This document shows, one piece after another, positions 12,432 through 23,687 of a stretch of DNA of 64,000 nucleotides. The notes under the pieces are model-generated. The model was not told where the DNA came from, made no database searches, and saw only the letters and a program-made list of their open reading frames with translations. The first letter of the stretch is position 1. Every line of letters begins with the position of its first letter. Source of the stretch: Actinomycetota bacterium (lineage in GTDB: Bacteria; Actinomycetota; Actinomycetes; Nanopelagicales; Nanopelagicaceae); the NCBI GenBank assembly GCA_947490845.1, contig CANLHI010000003.1, positions 2,774 to 66,773 of the forward strand, read 5' to 3'. The position numbers and the translations under genes are program-made.

Positions 12432-13484
12432 ATGATTATCGAGGTTCAGTCGGAGCGAACATATTCGATAAGAATCGATGGTTCCTGGAATGTTGAGCTG
12501 CTTAAGTTGCTTGAGGGAAGAAACAAAGCCGCAATTATCGTTTCCGAAAAAATGCAAGGCCTAATAAAGGATCTGATCGCAACGCAATCTGAGATATTTG
12601 TGTTTCCAGTTCCAGATGGCGAAGCTGGCAAGACCAGTGCAACGCTTAACAAGATTTGGGATTGGCTTGGTGCAGCAGGTTTCACACGCAGTGATTTGAT
12701 AATTGGTATCGGTGGTGGAGCAGTGACTGATTTCGCTGGTTTTGTCGCAGCGTCTTGGTTACGCGGAGTCGACTGGGTTGCGATTCCAACGACAGTTGCG
12801 GGCGCAGTTGATGCAGCTATCGGTGGAAAGACCGCGATCAATAGTGAGTACGGTAAGAATCTAATTGGTGCCTTTCACAGTCCGAGTGCGGTCATCGTCG
12901 ATGTTTCTTGGTTTCAGACACTGAGCGATCGTGACTTCGCGGCAGGAATGGCTGAGGTTGTGAAGGCTGGATTTATCTCAGATGGAAAAATCCTTGATTT
13001 AATCGGTACGTCAAAAATTTCCGAACTCCGCGCTAACCGAGATACAGTGATAGAACTTATTACGCGTGCCATTGCGGTAAAGGCAAAGGTCGTGTCCTCT
13101 GATTTCAAAGAGAGTTTCGATCGTGAAGTTTTAAACTATGGCCACACTTTGGGCCACGCCATCGAGTTGCACTGTAAATACGAATTACGTCATGGTGAGT
13201 GCGTAGCAATTGGAATGGCCTTTATGGCCCAGCTCCAACTATCGCTCGGTCTAATCACTTCCGAGTTAGCCCAGCAACATCTTGATATTCTGAAAAACTT
13301 AGGACTACCAACGTCTTATAAACGTCAGGCTTGGCCTAGCCTCTTAGCGAGTATGTATCTTGATAAAAAATCCCGCGGCAAGACCCTGCGATTGGTTACG
13401 ATTCAGGGGATAGGTATAACTGATCGTCTGGAAAATCCGGATGAGAAGATTTTATTAGAAGCCTACGAAAAGGTGAGTTCATGA
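12432..13484 (+). CDS. aroB: 3-dehydroquinate synthase
   Basis: GGGAVTD, DAAIGGKT, KNLIGAFH and LNYGHTLGHAIE. Confidence 0.97.
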   Translation: MIIEVQSERTYSIRIDGSWNVELLKLLEGRNKAAIIVSEKMQGLIKDLIATQSEIFVFPVPDGEAGKTSATLNKIWDWLGAAGFTRSDLIIGIGGGAVTDFAGFVAASWLRGVDWVAIPTTVAGAVDAAIGGKTAINSEYGKNLIGAFHSPSAVIVDVSWFQTLSDRDFAAGMAEVVKAGFISDGKILDLIGTSKISELRANRDTVIELITRAIAVKAKVVSSDFKESFDREVLNYGHTLGHAIELHCKYELRHGECVAIGMAFMAQLQLSLGLITSELAQQHLDILKNLGLPTSYKRQAWPSLLASMYLDKKSRGKTLRLVTIQGIGITDRLENPDEKILLEAYEKVSS

Positions 13485-13912
13485 ACGTTCTAGTAATCAA
13501 TGGTCCAAATTTGGCGCGTTTAGATATTAGAGACTCGTCGATCTATGGCGATATGACTTATCCGCAGTTGCTTTCACATATCGAATCAGCAGCCAAGACA
13601 CATGGTTTCATCGCAGATGTTCGACAGAGTGATGATGAAGCAACGATAATCACTTGGTTACATGAGGCGGCAGATAAAAAACTACCGGTAATCATCAATC
13701 CGGCGGCTTTCACTCACTACTCATATGCCATTAGGGATGCTGCAGAGTTAGTTAAGACCCCACTTATTGAGGTTCACCTTTCCAACCCGTTGGCACGTGA
13801 AGAGTTCCGTCACACATCAGTTATCTCTGGCGTAGCAAATGGAACCATCGGGGGATTTGGCCCAAATTCTTACGTATTAGCCTTGATAGCGTTAAAGGCG
13901 TTAACCGCTTAA
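13481..13912 (+). CDS. aroQ: type II 3-dehydroquinate dehydratase
   Basis: NGPNL, INPAAFTHYS and EVHLSN..REEFRH. Confidence 0.96.
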   Translation: MNVLVINGPNLARLDIRDSSIYGDMTYPQLLSHIESAAKTHGFIADVRQSDDEATIITWLHEAADKKLPVIINPAAFTHYSYAIRDAAELVKTPLIEVHLSNPLAREEFRHTSVISGVANGTIGGFGPNSYVLALIALKALTA

Positions 13913-14028
13913 AAGTTCGGGTAAACTTCCCAAATTGCCTTCGACATACGAAGGCCAACCTCGCGTAAAGCTCTTTGAGTTCGCAATTGGTTGATCGCTT
14001 GCGCAAATTGCGCGAACTGGAGTAAATC

Positions 14029-14589
14029 GTGGCAACAACAAATGATCTAAAAAATGGAATGACCCTTGATATAGATGGTCAGCTATGGACTGTTGTTGAA
14101 TTCCAACACGTAAAGCCAGGAAAAGGTCCAGCGTTCGTTCGCACCAAGCTAAAGCAAGTACTTACCGGCAAGGTAGTCGATAAGACATTTAATGCTGGAG
14201 TGAAGGTTGAAATCGCTATTCTTGAAAAGCGCGAAATGAACTTCCTATATAAAGAAGGCGAAGATTTCGTCTTCATGGACAATAAGACTTTTGATCAGAT
14301 GAATATTTCGGCGGCCGTAGTCGGAGAAGCGTCAAAATACATGCTCGAGAACACCGAGGCGATCGTTGCGATCAATGAAAACAACCCTTTGTATATCGAA
14401 TTGCCAGCATCTGTAGTCTTAACGATTACATACACAGAACCTGGATTACAGGGCGATCGCTCATCTGGCGGAACTAAGCCGGCAACAGTTGAAACTGGTA
14501 TTGAAATTCAGGTTCCACTATTTATTAAGCAGGATGAGAAAGTTCTAGTTGATACCCGCGATGGTTCATATCAAGGTCGCGCCAACTAG
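14029..14589 (+). CDS. efp: elongation factor P
   Basis: [20 protein letters not shown] start after a GGAG SD. Confidence 0.98.
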   Translation: MATTNDLKNGMTLDIDGQLWTVVEFQHVKPGKGPAFVRTKLKQVLTGKVVDKTFNAGVKVEIAILEKREMNFLYKEGEDFVFMDNKTFDQMNISAAVVGEASKYMLENTEAIVAINENNPLYIELPASVVLTITYTEPGLQGDRSSGGTKPATVETGIEIQVPLFIKQDEKVLVDTRDGSYQGRAN

Positions 14590-15011
14590 TGTCAGCCCGA
14601 AGTAAGGCTCGCAAGCAGAGCCTTGACCTGCTCTATGAAGGTGATATACGGGGTCAAGCGCCTGCGGATTTACTGGCCTCTCGAGAAGTAATTGATGAAG
14701 GACCTGATGCGCGACCAATTCGGGAATATACAAAGGAGTTAATTTCTGGAATTGCAGATAATCGCAGAAAGATTGATGAACTCATCTCAACTTATGCGCA
14801 AGGTTGGGATATGGATCGCTTGCCTGCCGTAGATCGCAATATTTTGCGGCTAGGAATATATGAAATCCTTTGGTGCAAGGATCTAGATGACGCCATCGCA
14901 ATTGATGAGGCGCTGAATTTAGCAAGAGAACTTTCAACAGATGACTCGGCTGCATATATCCATGGCGTTCTCGGAAGAATTTCAAACATTAAAGAGAGTT
15001 TGGCTATTTAA
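14589..15011 (+). CDS. nusB: transcription antitermination factor NusB
   Basis: ARSKARK, DRNILRLG and IDEALNLA. Confidence 0.96.
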   Translation: MSARSKARKQSLDLLYEGDIRGQAPADLLASREVIDEGPDARPIREYTKELISGIADNRRKIDELISTYAQGWDMDRLPAVDRNILRLGIYEILWCKDLDDAIAIDEALNLARELSTDDSAAYIHGVLGRISNIKESLAI

Positions 15012-15507
15012 GACTGATCAGTGCCAAATGGTTTTCGGCCAGCCAGGCCTTCAACTCGGGCAGAGTTAGCGCAAAGAGCAAGGTAAGAGTGTCAAAGTCA
15101 CTTGCTCGCAGAGTCATTACCTCACCGTTCCAGTCACTTCGTCGGGCGGCTATTGCGGATATATAAGATTGTAGGTTTCTTAGTTTTACATCGGGATCAA
15201 ATTTCATGAGTTCAGCAAGGCGACGCTGATCCATAGTTAAGGATTCGGGATTCACAGCTTCAGTGCGCGAGAAATCTCCGAGTAGATTGGCTATTGGGAT
15301 ACCAAATAGGTCCGCGATTTCGATAGATCGGGCTAGTGAAAGCGCCCGTGATCCGCGCTCATAAGAACCCATGACCACCGCCTTGATAGAACCTGATGAT
15401 CGGTTTTCGACATCATGGAGCGTCCAACCGCGCGCCTTGCGCAGCGCGCGAATGCGAAGGGCCACCGATGCGTTAGTTGGTTGGATGAAATGTGTGGTCT
15501 TTGTCAT
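15004..15507 (-). CDS. bldD: BldD-like XRE-family transcriptional regulator
   Basis: HTH with KAVVMGSYERGSRA, as in Streptomyces BldD (KAVVVGSYERGDRA). C-terminal RSD-X8-RASD motif. Sits between nusB and pyrR, as bldD does. Confidence 0.85.
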   Translation of the reverse strand: MTKTTHFIQPTNASVALRIRALRKARGWTLHDVENRSSGSIKAVVMGSYERGSRALSLARSIEIADLFGIPIANLLGDFSRTEAVNPESLTMDQRRLAELMKFDPDVKLRNLQSYISAIAARRSDWNGEVMTLRASDFDTLTLLFALTLPELKAWLAENHLALISLK

Positions 15508-15574
15508 TTTGCAAGGTTAGAACTTCACGCTGGGGCGTGTCGCCGGCTGTCCACAGGATGAGGCGATTGGGATG

Positions 15575-15580
15575 TATAAT
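15575..15580 (+). promoter_or_regulatory. -10 box (TATAAT) of the pyr operon promoter
   Basis: Perfect TATAAT about 10 nt before the PyrR-binding hairpin. Confidence 0.7.
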
Positions 15581-15589
15581 TTGCCAACA

Positions 15590-15625
15590 TCCTTTAACGA
15601 CCCGTCCTGCGAGGCGGGGAAGGAG
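15590..15625 (+). promoter_or_regulatory. PyrR-binding RNA stem-loop overlapping the pyrR SD
   Basis: TCCTTTAACGA-CCCGTC-CTGCGA-GGCGGG-GAAGGAG contains the CUUUAA element and a CNGNGA hexaloop. The lower stem TCCTT/AAGGA sequesters the SD. Confidence 0.88.
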
Positions 15626-15631
15626 ATTTAA

Positions 15632-16165
15632 ATGGGTCTTGCCCTGCCTGCGCCAGATATTGCTCGCGCGTTGATCCGTATCTCCCATGAAATTTTGGAA
15701 CGAAATTCTGGGTCGGCAAATATTACTTTGTTGGGAATTCCAACTCGTGGCGCTCATCTAGCCAAACGCATCGCCTCAGCGATGGAAAAAATTGAAGGCA
15801 CCAGCGTTCAGATGGGAACTCTGGATATCACCTTGCACCGCGATGATTTGCGGATGCGCGCACCTCGGGCGCTGATGCCCACGGTTATTCCACCTCTTGG
15901 TGTTGAAGGACGCGACGTTGTCCTAATAGATGATGTTCTCTTCTCTGGCAGAACGATCCGTGCCGCTCTAGATGCTCTTGGTGAGATAGGTCGACCTAAA
16001 TCAGTGCAATTGGCAGTGTTGGTCGATCGCGGACATCGACAACTACCGATCAGAGCGGACTTTGTAGGAAAGAATCTGCCAACGTCGATCGAGCAGAGCG
16101 TTGTTGTTCACTTAACAGAGCTAGATGGAGCAGATGAAGTCCTGATCGAGGGGCCACTGCCATGA
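15632..16165 (+). CDS. pyrR: bifunctional pyr regulator / uracil phosphoribosyltransferase
   Basis: [19 protein letters not shown] and [17 protein letters not shown]. Confidence 0.97.
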   Translation: MGLALPAPDIARALIRISHEILERNSGSANITLLGIPTRGAHLAKRIASAMEKIEGTSVQMGTLDITLHRDDLRMRAPRALMPTVIPPLGVEGRDVVLIDDVLFSGRTIRAALDALGEIGRPKSVQLAVLVDRGHRQLPIRADFVGKNLPTSIEQSVVVHLTELDGADEVLIEGPLP

Positions 16166-17118
16166 AACATTTACTGTCAATAAATGATCTCTCTAAAGTA
16201 GATGCAATTTCGATTCTAGATACGGCGCAAGAGTTAGCTCGAGTTAGTGATGGGCCAATGAAGAAGCTGCCTACTTTGCGCGGGCGCACCATCGTAAATT
16301 TATTTGCCGAAGATTCCACGCGTACTCGAATCTCTTTTGAGGCAGCCGCTAAACGCCTATCTGCCGATGTCATCAACTTCTCTTCTAAGGGTTCGAGTAT
16401 CAGCAAAGGTGAATCGCTTAAGGATACGGCGCAAACCCTGCAAGCTATGGGCGCAGATGCGGTAATCATTCGACATTCAGCATCAGGTGCTGCGCAACGC
16501 TTAGCAGATTCAAAGTGGATGTCGGGTTCTGTAATCAATGCTGGAGATGGAACGCATGAACATCCTAGCCAGGCTTTATTGGATGCATTCACAATCCGTA
16601 AGCATTTATCAAAGGGTGCAGATGATTTAACTGGGTTGCGAGTTGCGATCGTTGGAGATGTTCTACATTCCAGAGTTGCTCGCTCAAATGTTCTTCTACT
16701 ATCCAAACTTGGAGCGCAGGTAGTGCTAGTGGCGCCACCAACACTTCTACCAGTCGGAGTCGAATCTTGGCCCTGCCAAATTTCTTACGACCTAGATGAG
16801 GTAATTGCAAACGTTGATGCGATTATGATGTTGCGCATCCAATTAGAGCGAATGTCTGAGATGTATTTCCCTAACGCTCGGGAATATTCCAGATACTTCG
16901 GGCTCAATAGTGATCGTATTCGCGCGATGAAGGCTGGGGCAATTGTCATGCACCCCGGTCCAATGAACCGCGGATTGGAAATTACAGCCGATGCTGCCGA
17001 TGGAGCTCGTTCAGTAATTGTTGAACAAGTTGCAAATGGAGTGAGTATTCGCATGGCGATTTTGTATCTGCTGCTGGCCGGCAATCAGGAATTTGCAGAA
17101 ACAGGAGTGAGCTCATGA
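16162..17118 (+). CDS. pyrB: aspartate carbamoyltransferase catalytic subunit
   Basis: [18 protein letters not shown] and MHPGP. Confidence 0.98.
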   Translation: MKHLLSINDLSKVDAISILDTAQELARVSDGPMKKLPTLRGRTIVNLFAEDSTRTRISFEAAAKRLSADVINFSSKGSSISKGESLKDTAQTLQAMGADAVIIRHSASGAAQRLADSKWMSGSVINAGDGTHEHPSQALLDAFTIRKHLSKGADDLTGLRVAIVGDVLHSRVARSNVLLLSKLGAQVVLVAPPTLLPVGVESWPCQISYDLDEVIANVDAIMMLRIQLERMSEMYFPNAREYSRYFGLNSDRIRAMKAGAIVMHPGPMNRGLEITADAADGARSVIVEQVANGVSIRMAILYLLLAGNQEFAETGVSS

Positions 17119-18446
17119 AAAATAGTAATTACCTTTTAACAGGTCTTACTCTGCCTAATGGCAGCAAGAGCGATATAGCGATTAGCGATGGAAAGATCAC
17201 GCAGATAGCGCCAAATCTAAGCGCAGCCGAAGGCTTTACTAAAGTTGATCTATCGGGATCGGTCGCACTTCCGGGACTTGTTGATCTGCACACTCATCTG
17301 CGCGAGCCAGGTAAGGAAGATGCCGAGACTGTTCTATCAGGATCGATGGCTGCTGCTAAGGGTGGCTTCGTTGCTGTCTCTGCAATGGCAAATACATCAC
17401 CGGTTGCAGATACTGCAGGAGTTGTAGAACAGGTTTTCGCACTTGGACAGAGCGCAGGTTTCGTTGATGTCTTTCCAATCGGCGCGGTAACGCAAGGGCT
17501 TAATGGCGAAAAATTAGCTGAAATCGGAGCGATGGCTGATTCACGCGCCAAAGTTCGCGTCTTCAGTGATGATGGAAGTTGCGTATTCGATCCGCTTGTT
17601 ATGCGCAGAGCGCTGGAATATGTAAAGAAGTTTGACGGCGTGATTGCCCAGCATGCGCAAGATCCGCGATTGACTCAAGGTGCGCAGATGAATGAAGGAG
17701 AAATTTCTTCACGAATCGGATTAAAAGGATGGCCAGCGGTAGCCGAAGAGGCGATCATCGCACGCGATATTTTGTTAGCCGATCACGTGCAATCGCGTTT
17801 ACATATCTGCCACTTAACAACAGCTGGGGGAGTGGACATTATCCGTTGGGCCAAAGCTAGAGGTATCAGCGTCACGGCGGAGGTAACTCCGCATCACCTT
17901 TTGCTCACTGATGAAAGCGCGCTTAGTTATGACCCGATTTTCAAAGTTAACCCACCGCTTCGCACACAAAAAGATGTGGAAGCGTTACGAGAAGGCCTCG
18001 CCGATGGAACCATCGATATTGTGGCAACTGATCACGCTCCGCATCCTGCGGAAGCAAAAGAGTGCGAATGGCAAGAAGCAGCATTTGGAATGCTGGGACT
18101 TGAGAGCGCGCTTTCTATCATTAACCAGACAATGGTTGCGACAGGCTTAATGAACTGGGAGTCAGTGGCTGATCGCATGAGTTATGCGCCAGCGAAGATT
18201 GCACGCTATGTCCAACATGGGCAAGTGCTAACTGTTGGCGCGGCCGCAAATATCACGATCATTAATCCGGCTCTGACATACCGAGTCGACCGAGACCTGG
18301 TCGCATCGCGCAGCCGCAATACTCCGTTCCACGGAATGGATTTACAGGGGGCAGTTACAGCGACATTTTTCAGAGGCCATCCAACTTTTCTAAACGGGAA
18401 GCTAACCTCAGTTCACCAGGGCACATCCGAAAGAGCTGGAAATTAA
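17115..18446 (+). CDS. pyrC: dihydroorotase
   Basis: [17 protein letters not shown] and TDHAPH. Confidence 0.97.
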   Translation: MKNSNYLLTGLTLPNGSKSDIAISDGKITQIAPNLSAAEGFTKVDLSGSVALPGLVDLHTHLREPGKEDAETVLSGSMAAAKGGFVAVSAMANTSPVADTAGVVEQVFALGQSAGFVDVFPIGAVTQGLNGEKLAEIGAMADSRAKVRVFSDDGSCVFDPLVMRRALEYVKKFDGVIAQHAQDPRLTQGAQMNEGEISSRIGLKGWPAVAEEAIIARDILLADHVQSRLHICHLTTAGGVDIIRWAKARGISVTAEVTPHHLLLTDESALSYDPIFKVNPPLRTQKDVEALREGLADGTIDIVATDHAPHPAEAKECEWQEAAFGMLGLESALSIINQTMVATGLMNWESVADRMSYAPAKIARYVQHGQVLTVGAAANITIINPALTYRVDRDLVASRSRNTPFHGMDLQGAVTATFFRGHPTFLNGKLTSVHQGTSERAGN

Positions 18447-19573
18447 TGGCTAAAGCATTCCTAGTTTTAGATGACGGCAGAATTTTCGAAGGAAAATCTT
18501 GGGCTGCAACTGGCCGCACCTTTGGTGAAGCAGTTTTTCAAACAGGCATGACCGGCTATCAAGAAACACTGACAGACCCTAGTTATCACAGACAAGTAGT
18601 TGTTATGACCGCTCCACATATTGGCAATACGGGTGTTAACACTTTAGATAACGAGTCACGGAAGATATGGGTGGCAGGCTTCGTTGTTAGAAATCCTTCA
18701 ACGATCACCAGCAATTGGCGCAGCGAAAAGGATTTGGAAGCCGAGCTAATCGAACAATCGATCGTGGGAATTCAGGGTATTGATACTCGTGCACTGACTC
18801 GTCATCTGCGCGATCGTGGTGCGATGCGCGTTGGAATTTTCTTAGATGTAGATATCACGCGCGAGGAAATGGTGATCGAAGTACGCAAGACGCAGGCCAT
18901 GTCCGGGGCGTACCTAAGTGAGGATGTTTCAACAGATCAGACTTATGTTGTGCCCGCCATCGGTAAAAAAAGATTTACAGTTGCGGCAATTGATCTTGGA
19001 ATTAAGGGGGCAACTCCACGTGCTTTGGCGGCCAGGGGTATTGAGGTCCACGTATTACCATTCAATGCGAACTTCAAGGAAATTCAAGTAATTAGGCCCG
19101 ATGGAGTTTTTCTCTCAAACGGCCCTGGCGATCCATCAACAATGAACGATGTCGTTGAACTAGTTCGCGAAGTTCTGGCTGCAAATATTCCAATCTTTGG
19201 AATCTGTTTTGGTCATCAAATCTTAGGTAGAGCTCTTGGGTTTGAAACATACAAATTGCAATTTGGGCATAGAGGGATAAATCAACCAGTCCTAGATAAG
19301 AAGACAGGAAAAGTTGAAATTACAGCCCACAATCATGGCTTTGCAATCAAAGCTCCACCTGATGCAATCTTCAATACTGTTTACGGTGCTGGAGAAGTCA
19401 CTCATGTTGGATTAAATGATGGAGTTGTTGAAGGTTTGCAATTATTAGAACGTGGCGCTTTTAGCGTTCAGTACCACCCAGAAGCAGCGGCAGGTCCACA
19501 CGATGCCGCTTATCTATTTGATCGCTTCATCTCGCTCATGGAAAAATATCCAAGAGCCCAGGCGGTGATCTAA
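18446..19573 (+). CDS. carA: carbamoyl-phosphate synthase small subunit
   Basis: [25 protein letters not shown] and QYHPE. Confidence 0.98.
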   Translation: MAKAFLVLDDGRIFEGKSWAATGRTFGEAVFQTGMTGYQETLTDPSYHRQVVVMTAPHIGNTGVNTLDNESRKIWVAGFVVRNPSTITSNWRSEKDLEAELIEQSIVGIQGIDTRALTRHLRDRGAMRVGIFLDVDITREEMVIEVRKTQAMSGAYLSEDVSTDQTYVVPAIGKKRFTVAAIDLGIKGATPRALAARGIEVHVLPFNANFKEIQVIRPDGVFLSNGPGDPSTMNDVVELVREVLAANIPIFGICFGHQILGRALGFETYKLQFGHRGINQPVLDKKTGKVEITAHNHGFAIKAPPDAIFNTVYGAGEVTHVGLNDGVVEGLQLLERGAFSVQYHPEAAAGPHDAAYLFDRFISLMEKYPRAQAVI

Positions 19574-22500
19574 TGGCGCGCGATGAATCAATCAAGAGGG
19601 TATTGGTAATCGGGTCGGGCCCGATTGTCATCGGTCAAGCCTGCGAATTTGATTACTCGGGAACTCAGGCCTGTCGCGTTCTGCGGGCTGAAGGAATTCG
19701 AGTGATCTTGGTTAACTCCAATCCCGCAACAATCATGACAGACCCAGAATTTGCGGATGCGACTTACATCGAACCCATTACCCCAGAATTTATCGAGAAG
19801 ATAATTGCAAAGGAACGCCCCGATGCGGTTCTGGCAACCCTCGGCGGACAAACTGCACTAAATGCAGCGATTGGTCTTCACAAAGCTGGAACTCTGGAGA
19901 AATATAAAACTAAGTTAATTGGCGCCGATGTTGAGGCTATTGAACGCGGAGAAAACCGTGAGATATTTCGAGGAATTGTAGAAAAAATTGGTGGTCAATC
20001 CGCTAAATCAATTATTTGTCACACAATGGATGAAATTTTTGCTGGCGTAGAAATTTTGAATTATCCAGTCGTTATTCGTCCCTCCTTCACAATGGGTGGA
20101 CTTGGTTCCGGTATCGCTTTCGATGAAGATTCGCTGCGCCAGATTGCAGGTGCTGGATTAAGGCACAGTCCGACATCGGAAGTGCTTTTGGAAGAGTCGA
20201 TAATTGGCTGGAAAGAATATGAACTCGAAGTAATGCGTGATAAGTCAGATAACGTGGTGATTGTTTGCAGCATAGAAAATATTGATCCAATGGGTGTTCA
20301 TACAGGGGATTCGATAACAGTTGCTCCGGCTCTCACTTTGACCGATGTTGAATTCCAGAAGTTACGAGATTTATCGATAGATATTATTCGTGAGGTTGGA
20401 GTCGCAACGGGTGGCTGCAATATTCAATTCGCAGTTAATCCAGATGATGGTCGCATTATTGTGATTGAGATGAATCCGCGTGTTTCGAGATCTAGCGCCT
20501 TGGCTTCTAAGGCGACCGGCTTCCCTATTGCAAAGATCGCGACCAAGTTGGCAATCGGATACACGTTAGATGAGATCAAGAACGACATCACCCAGGTCAC
20601 TCCAGCCTCATTTGAACCGACCCTCGACTACATAGTAGTTAAAGCACCTCGATTCGCCTTTGAAAAATTTGCTGACGCTGATCCGCGGCTAACAACGACG
20701 ATGAAGAGCGTTGGTGAAGCAATGGCTATCGGTCGATCTTTCCCAGAGGCATTAATGAAAGCTTTGCGTTCGCTGGAGCGCAAGGAGGCAATCTTCAAAT
20801 TTCCTGCAGATCTTTCTGGAATCGATGTTGCAGCTTTGTTGCTGGCTATGCGAATTCCAACTGAGTATCGATTGCAGCAGGTGCAGCAGGCAATGTGGGC
20901 TGGAGCCAATATTGAAGATGTCTTTGCGTCAACCAAGATTGATCGCTGGTTCTTGCACCAACTAGATTTGATTAATCTGCGTGCCAGAGAACTTGCTCAA
21001 CCCGCCGAGCTCACTCTGGAATACCTCAAATCTGCGAAAGAGATGGGCTTCTCTGATGTTCAGATTGCGCAGCTGCGCGGGGTTAATGAGGACGATATCC
21101 GAAAAGCACGTCATCATCTTGGTTTGCATCCGGTCTATAAAACAGTCGACACATGCGCCGCTGAATTTGAAGCTTTCACCCCATATCACTACTCAAGTTA
21201 TGAAGAAGAAACTGAAGTTCGCCCACGAACCAAACCGGCGGTTATTATTTTAGGTAGTGGTCCAAATCGAATCGGCCAAGGTATTGAATTCGATTATTCG
21301 TGCGTGCATGCATCCTTTACTTTGCGTGATGCTGGTTATGAAACAGTGATGATCAATTGCAATCCAGAAACTGTTTCGACAGATTACGACACATCTGATC
21401 GGTTATATTTCGAACCTTTGACGCTGGAAGATGTTCTGGAAGTAGTACATGCAGAAACTCTGGCAGGGCCAGTACTTGGCGTCATCACACAACTTGGCGG
21501 TCAGACTCCGCTTGGTTTGGCAGCAGGTCTTAAGGCGGCAGGTGTAACAATTTTAGGTACCTCTCCAGATGCCATTAACTTGGCGGAGGAACGTGGTGCA
21601 TTTGGAAAAGTCCTTGCCGAACAATCTTTGACTGCGCCAGAATTTGGTATGGCTGCTTCGCAAATGGAGGCGCTAGATATTGCAGCAAGAATTGGTTATC
21701 CCGTGCTGGTTAGACCTTCGTTTGTGCTCGGTGGACGCGGCATGGAAATTGTCTACGATAACACCGCCCTATCATCCTTCATCGCCAGAGCTACAGATAT
21801 AACTCCAGATCACCCAGTACTTGTTGATCGCTTTTTAGATAGTGCTATTGAAATTGATGTTGATGCTCTCTATGACGGCAGCGAACTCTTCCTCGGTGGG
21901 GTAATGGAACATATCGAAGAGGCTGGAATCCACTCTGGAGATAGCGCATGTGTTCTGCCGGCAATGACAATTACCGCCAGCCAACAGAAGAGTATCCGCG
22001 CGGCAACGCTGAAGATTGCACAAGGTGTCGGCGTGCTAGGTCTAATTAATATTCAGTTTGCGATCGCCGGTGATGTTCTTTATGTACTAGAGGCAAACCC
22101 GCGAGCATCGCGCACTGTGCCCTTTGTCAGCAAAGCAACTGGAGTTCCTCTAGCGAAAGCTGCGGCGCGAATTTCTCTGGGTAGCAGCATTTCGGATTTG
22201 CGAAGTGAAGGCTTATTGCCACAAAGTGGTGATGGAATCGCAAAAGGAATTTCGGTTAAGGAAGCTGTTCTTCCTTGGAATCGCTTCCGCAGGACAGATG
22301 GACGTGGCGTTGATGCTGTTCTGGGACCTGAGATGCGTTCAACAGGTGAAGTAATGGGAATCGCGCAGACTTTTGGTGAAAGTTACGCCAAGAGTCAGAT
22401 CAGCGCCTTCGGTCCACTACCAAAGTCTGGGACCGTCTTTATCTCCTTAGCCGATAAAGATAAGAGTTCTGGATTAGCACCATCTCGAGCCTTTGCTGAA

Positions 22501-22839
22501 CTAGGATTTAAATTAATTGCTACGGGTGGAACGGCAGATTTCCTAGCAACTAATGGATTATTGGCACATAAGGTACGTAAGAATTCTGAGGGATCTGGAC
22601 CAATGGGGGAGAAGACAATCGTCGAACTATTAAATACCGGTGGGGTTGATTTAGTAATTAATACGCCTGTTGGTAGAGGTACTCGCGCGGATGGTTGGGC
22701 CATCAGAACTGCTGCAGTGCAAAGATCTATCCCTTGTATTACAACTACTGCTGGATTTAGTGCAGCAGTTGAAGGAATTAAAGCGCTGCAACGAGGAGAG
22801 CTATCGGTCTCTCCAATTCAAGAATGGTTAAAGAAGTAA
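19573..22839 (+). CDS. carB: carbamoyl-phosphate synthase large subunit
   Basis: [17 protein letters not shown]; duplicated ATP-grasp domains; C-terminal MGS domain. Confidence 0.98.
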   Translation: MARDESIKRVLVIGSGPIVIGQACEFDYSGTQACRVLRAEGIRVILVNSNPATIMTDPEFADATYIEPITPEFIEKIIAKERPDAVLATLGGQTALNAAIGLHKAGTLEKYKTKLIGADVEAIERGENREIFRGIVEKIGGQSAKSIICHTMDEIFAGVEILNYPVVIRPSFTMGGLGSGIAFDEDSLRQIAGAGLRHSPTSEVLLEESIIGWKEYELEVMRDKSDNVVIVCSIENIDPMGVHTGDSITVAPALTLTDVEFQKLRDLSIDIIREVGVATGGCNIQFAVNPDDGRIIVIEMNPRVSRSSALASKATGFPIAKIATKLAIGYTLDEIKNDITQVTPASFEPTLDYIVVKAPRFAFEKFADADPRLTTTMKSVGEAMAIGRSFPEALMKALRSLERKEAIFKFPADLSGIDVAALLLAMRIPTEYRLQQVQQAMWAGANIEDVFASTKIDRWFLHQLDLINLRARELAQPAELTLEYLKSAKEMGFSDVQIAQLRGVNEDDIRKARHHLGLHPVYKTVDTCAAEFEAFTPYHYSSYEEETEVRPRTKPAVIILGSGPNRIGQGIEFDYSCVHASFTLRDAGYETVMINCNPETVSTDYDTSDRLYFEPLTLEDVLEVVHAETLAGPVLGVITQLGGQTPLGLAAGLKAAGVTILGTSPDAINLAEERGAFGKVLAEQSLTAPEFGMAASQMEALDIAARIGYPVLVRPSFVLGGRGMEIVYDNTALSSFIARATDITPDHPVLVDRFLDSAIEIDVDALYDGSELFLGGVMEHIEEAGIHSGDSACVLPAMTITASQQKSIRAATLKIAQGVGVLGLINIQFAIAGDVLYVLEANPRASRTVPFVSKATGVPLAKAAARISLGSSISDLRSEGLLPQSGDGIAKGISVKEAVLPWNRFRRTDGRGVDAVLGPEMRSTGEVMGIAQTFGESYAKSQISAFGPLPKSGTVFISLADKDKSSGLAPSRAFAELGFKLIATGGTADFLATNGLLAHKVRKNSEGSGPMGEKTIVELLNTGGVDLVINTPVGRGTRADGWAIRTAAVQRSIPCITTTAGFSAAVEGIKALQRGELSVSPIQEWLKK

Positions 22840-23687
22840 TGTCTCAAATCAACCGCAGCGCAACGCATATGCGCGCAACTATTTTGGCGAATAAACGAGT
22901 TGGGCAATATCACCAGATTGTTTTTGGTATTGGGGATCTTGTTAAGAGTTGTCGTCCGGGAAACTTCGTAGCTATAAGTGTTGGTGGAGATTCTTCACGA
23001 ATGATTCTGCGTCGCGCATTTGCGATATCGCGCGTATCTGAGAATGCAAGTTTTGGTGGAACTATGGAGCTAATCGCCGCCCCGCATGGTTCTGGTTCAA
23101 AGTGGCTCTGCTCGCAGATCGAGGGTTCAGAGGTAGACATCATTCTGCCTTTAGGGACCGCGTTTGGAATTCCCACATCACCCGTAAATGCGTTGTTAGT
23201 CGGTGGTGGATACGGTTCTGCGCCGCTATTTGGTTTGGCGGAGGTTCTCAAAGCGCGTGGATGCAAGGTTGATATGTTACTTGGTGCCTCGACGAGTGCA
23301 AAGATTTATGCTCCGATGGAAGGAAAACGCTCAGTAAATTCGTTAAAAATTTACACCGAAGACGGAACGATGGGTGAACTCGGTCGCGTCACGGAACCAA
23401 TTAAAGTTTTGATCGAGCAAAAGGCTATTGATGTTATTTACTCATGCGGTCCAATGGGAATGTTGCGTGCGATCTCTGAACTCACCGCTAATACAGATGT
23501 AGTACATCAGTGCGCCGTTGAAGAAGCCATGGCATGCGGTATTGGAATCTGTATGACTTGCGTTCTGCCTGTTAAGGGTGAGGATGGTCAGATTTCCATG
23601 TTGCGTTCTTGTATTGATGGCCCAGTTATGGATGGATCACAGGTGCAATGGCACCTAGTGGGACAAGTACCTGAGGTTAATTTATGA
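22839..23687 (+). CDS. pyrK: dihydroorotate dehydrogenase electron transfer subunit
   Basis: LRRAFAI, GGGYG, SCGP and the 2Fe-2S motif MACGIGICMTC...CIDGPV. Start overlaps the carB stop. Confidence 0.92.
   Translation: MSQINRSATHMRATILANKRVGQYHQIVFGIGDLVKSCRPGNFVAISVGGDSSRMILRRAFAISRVSENASFGGTMELIAAPHGSGSKWLCSQIEGSEVDIILPLGTAFGIPTSPVNALLVGGGYGSAPLFGLAEVLKARGCKVDMLLGASTSAKIYAPMEGKRSVNSLKIYTEDGTMGELGRVTEPIKVLIEQKAIDVIYSCGPMGMLRAISELTANTDVVHQCAVEEAMACGIGICMTCVLPVKGEDGQISMLRSCIDGPVMDGSQVQWHLVGQVPEVNL

Noticed and set aside
14029-14589. EF-P PGKGP loop with no modification enzyme nearby
   Set aside because: This is the known actinobacterial EF-P type that works unmodified, so it is not novel.
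15538-15559. TGTCGC-N10-CAGGAT as a second PafBC promoter, and CTGTCCACA as a DnaA box
   Set aside because: The first has mismatches in both elements and a perfect TATAAT lies just downstream. A lone one-mismatch DnaA box is expected by chance.
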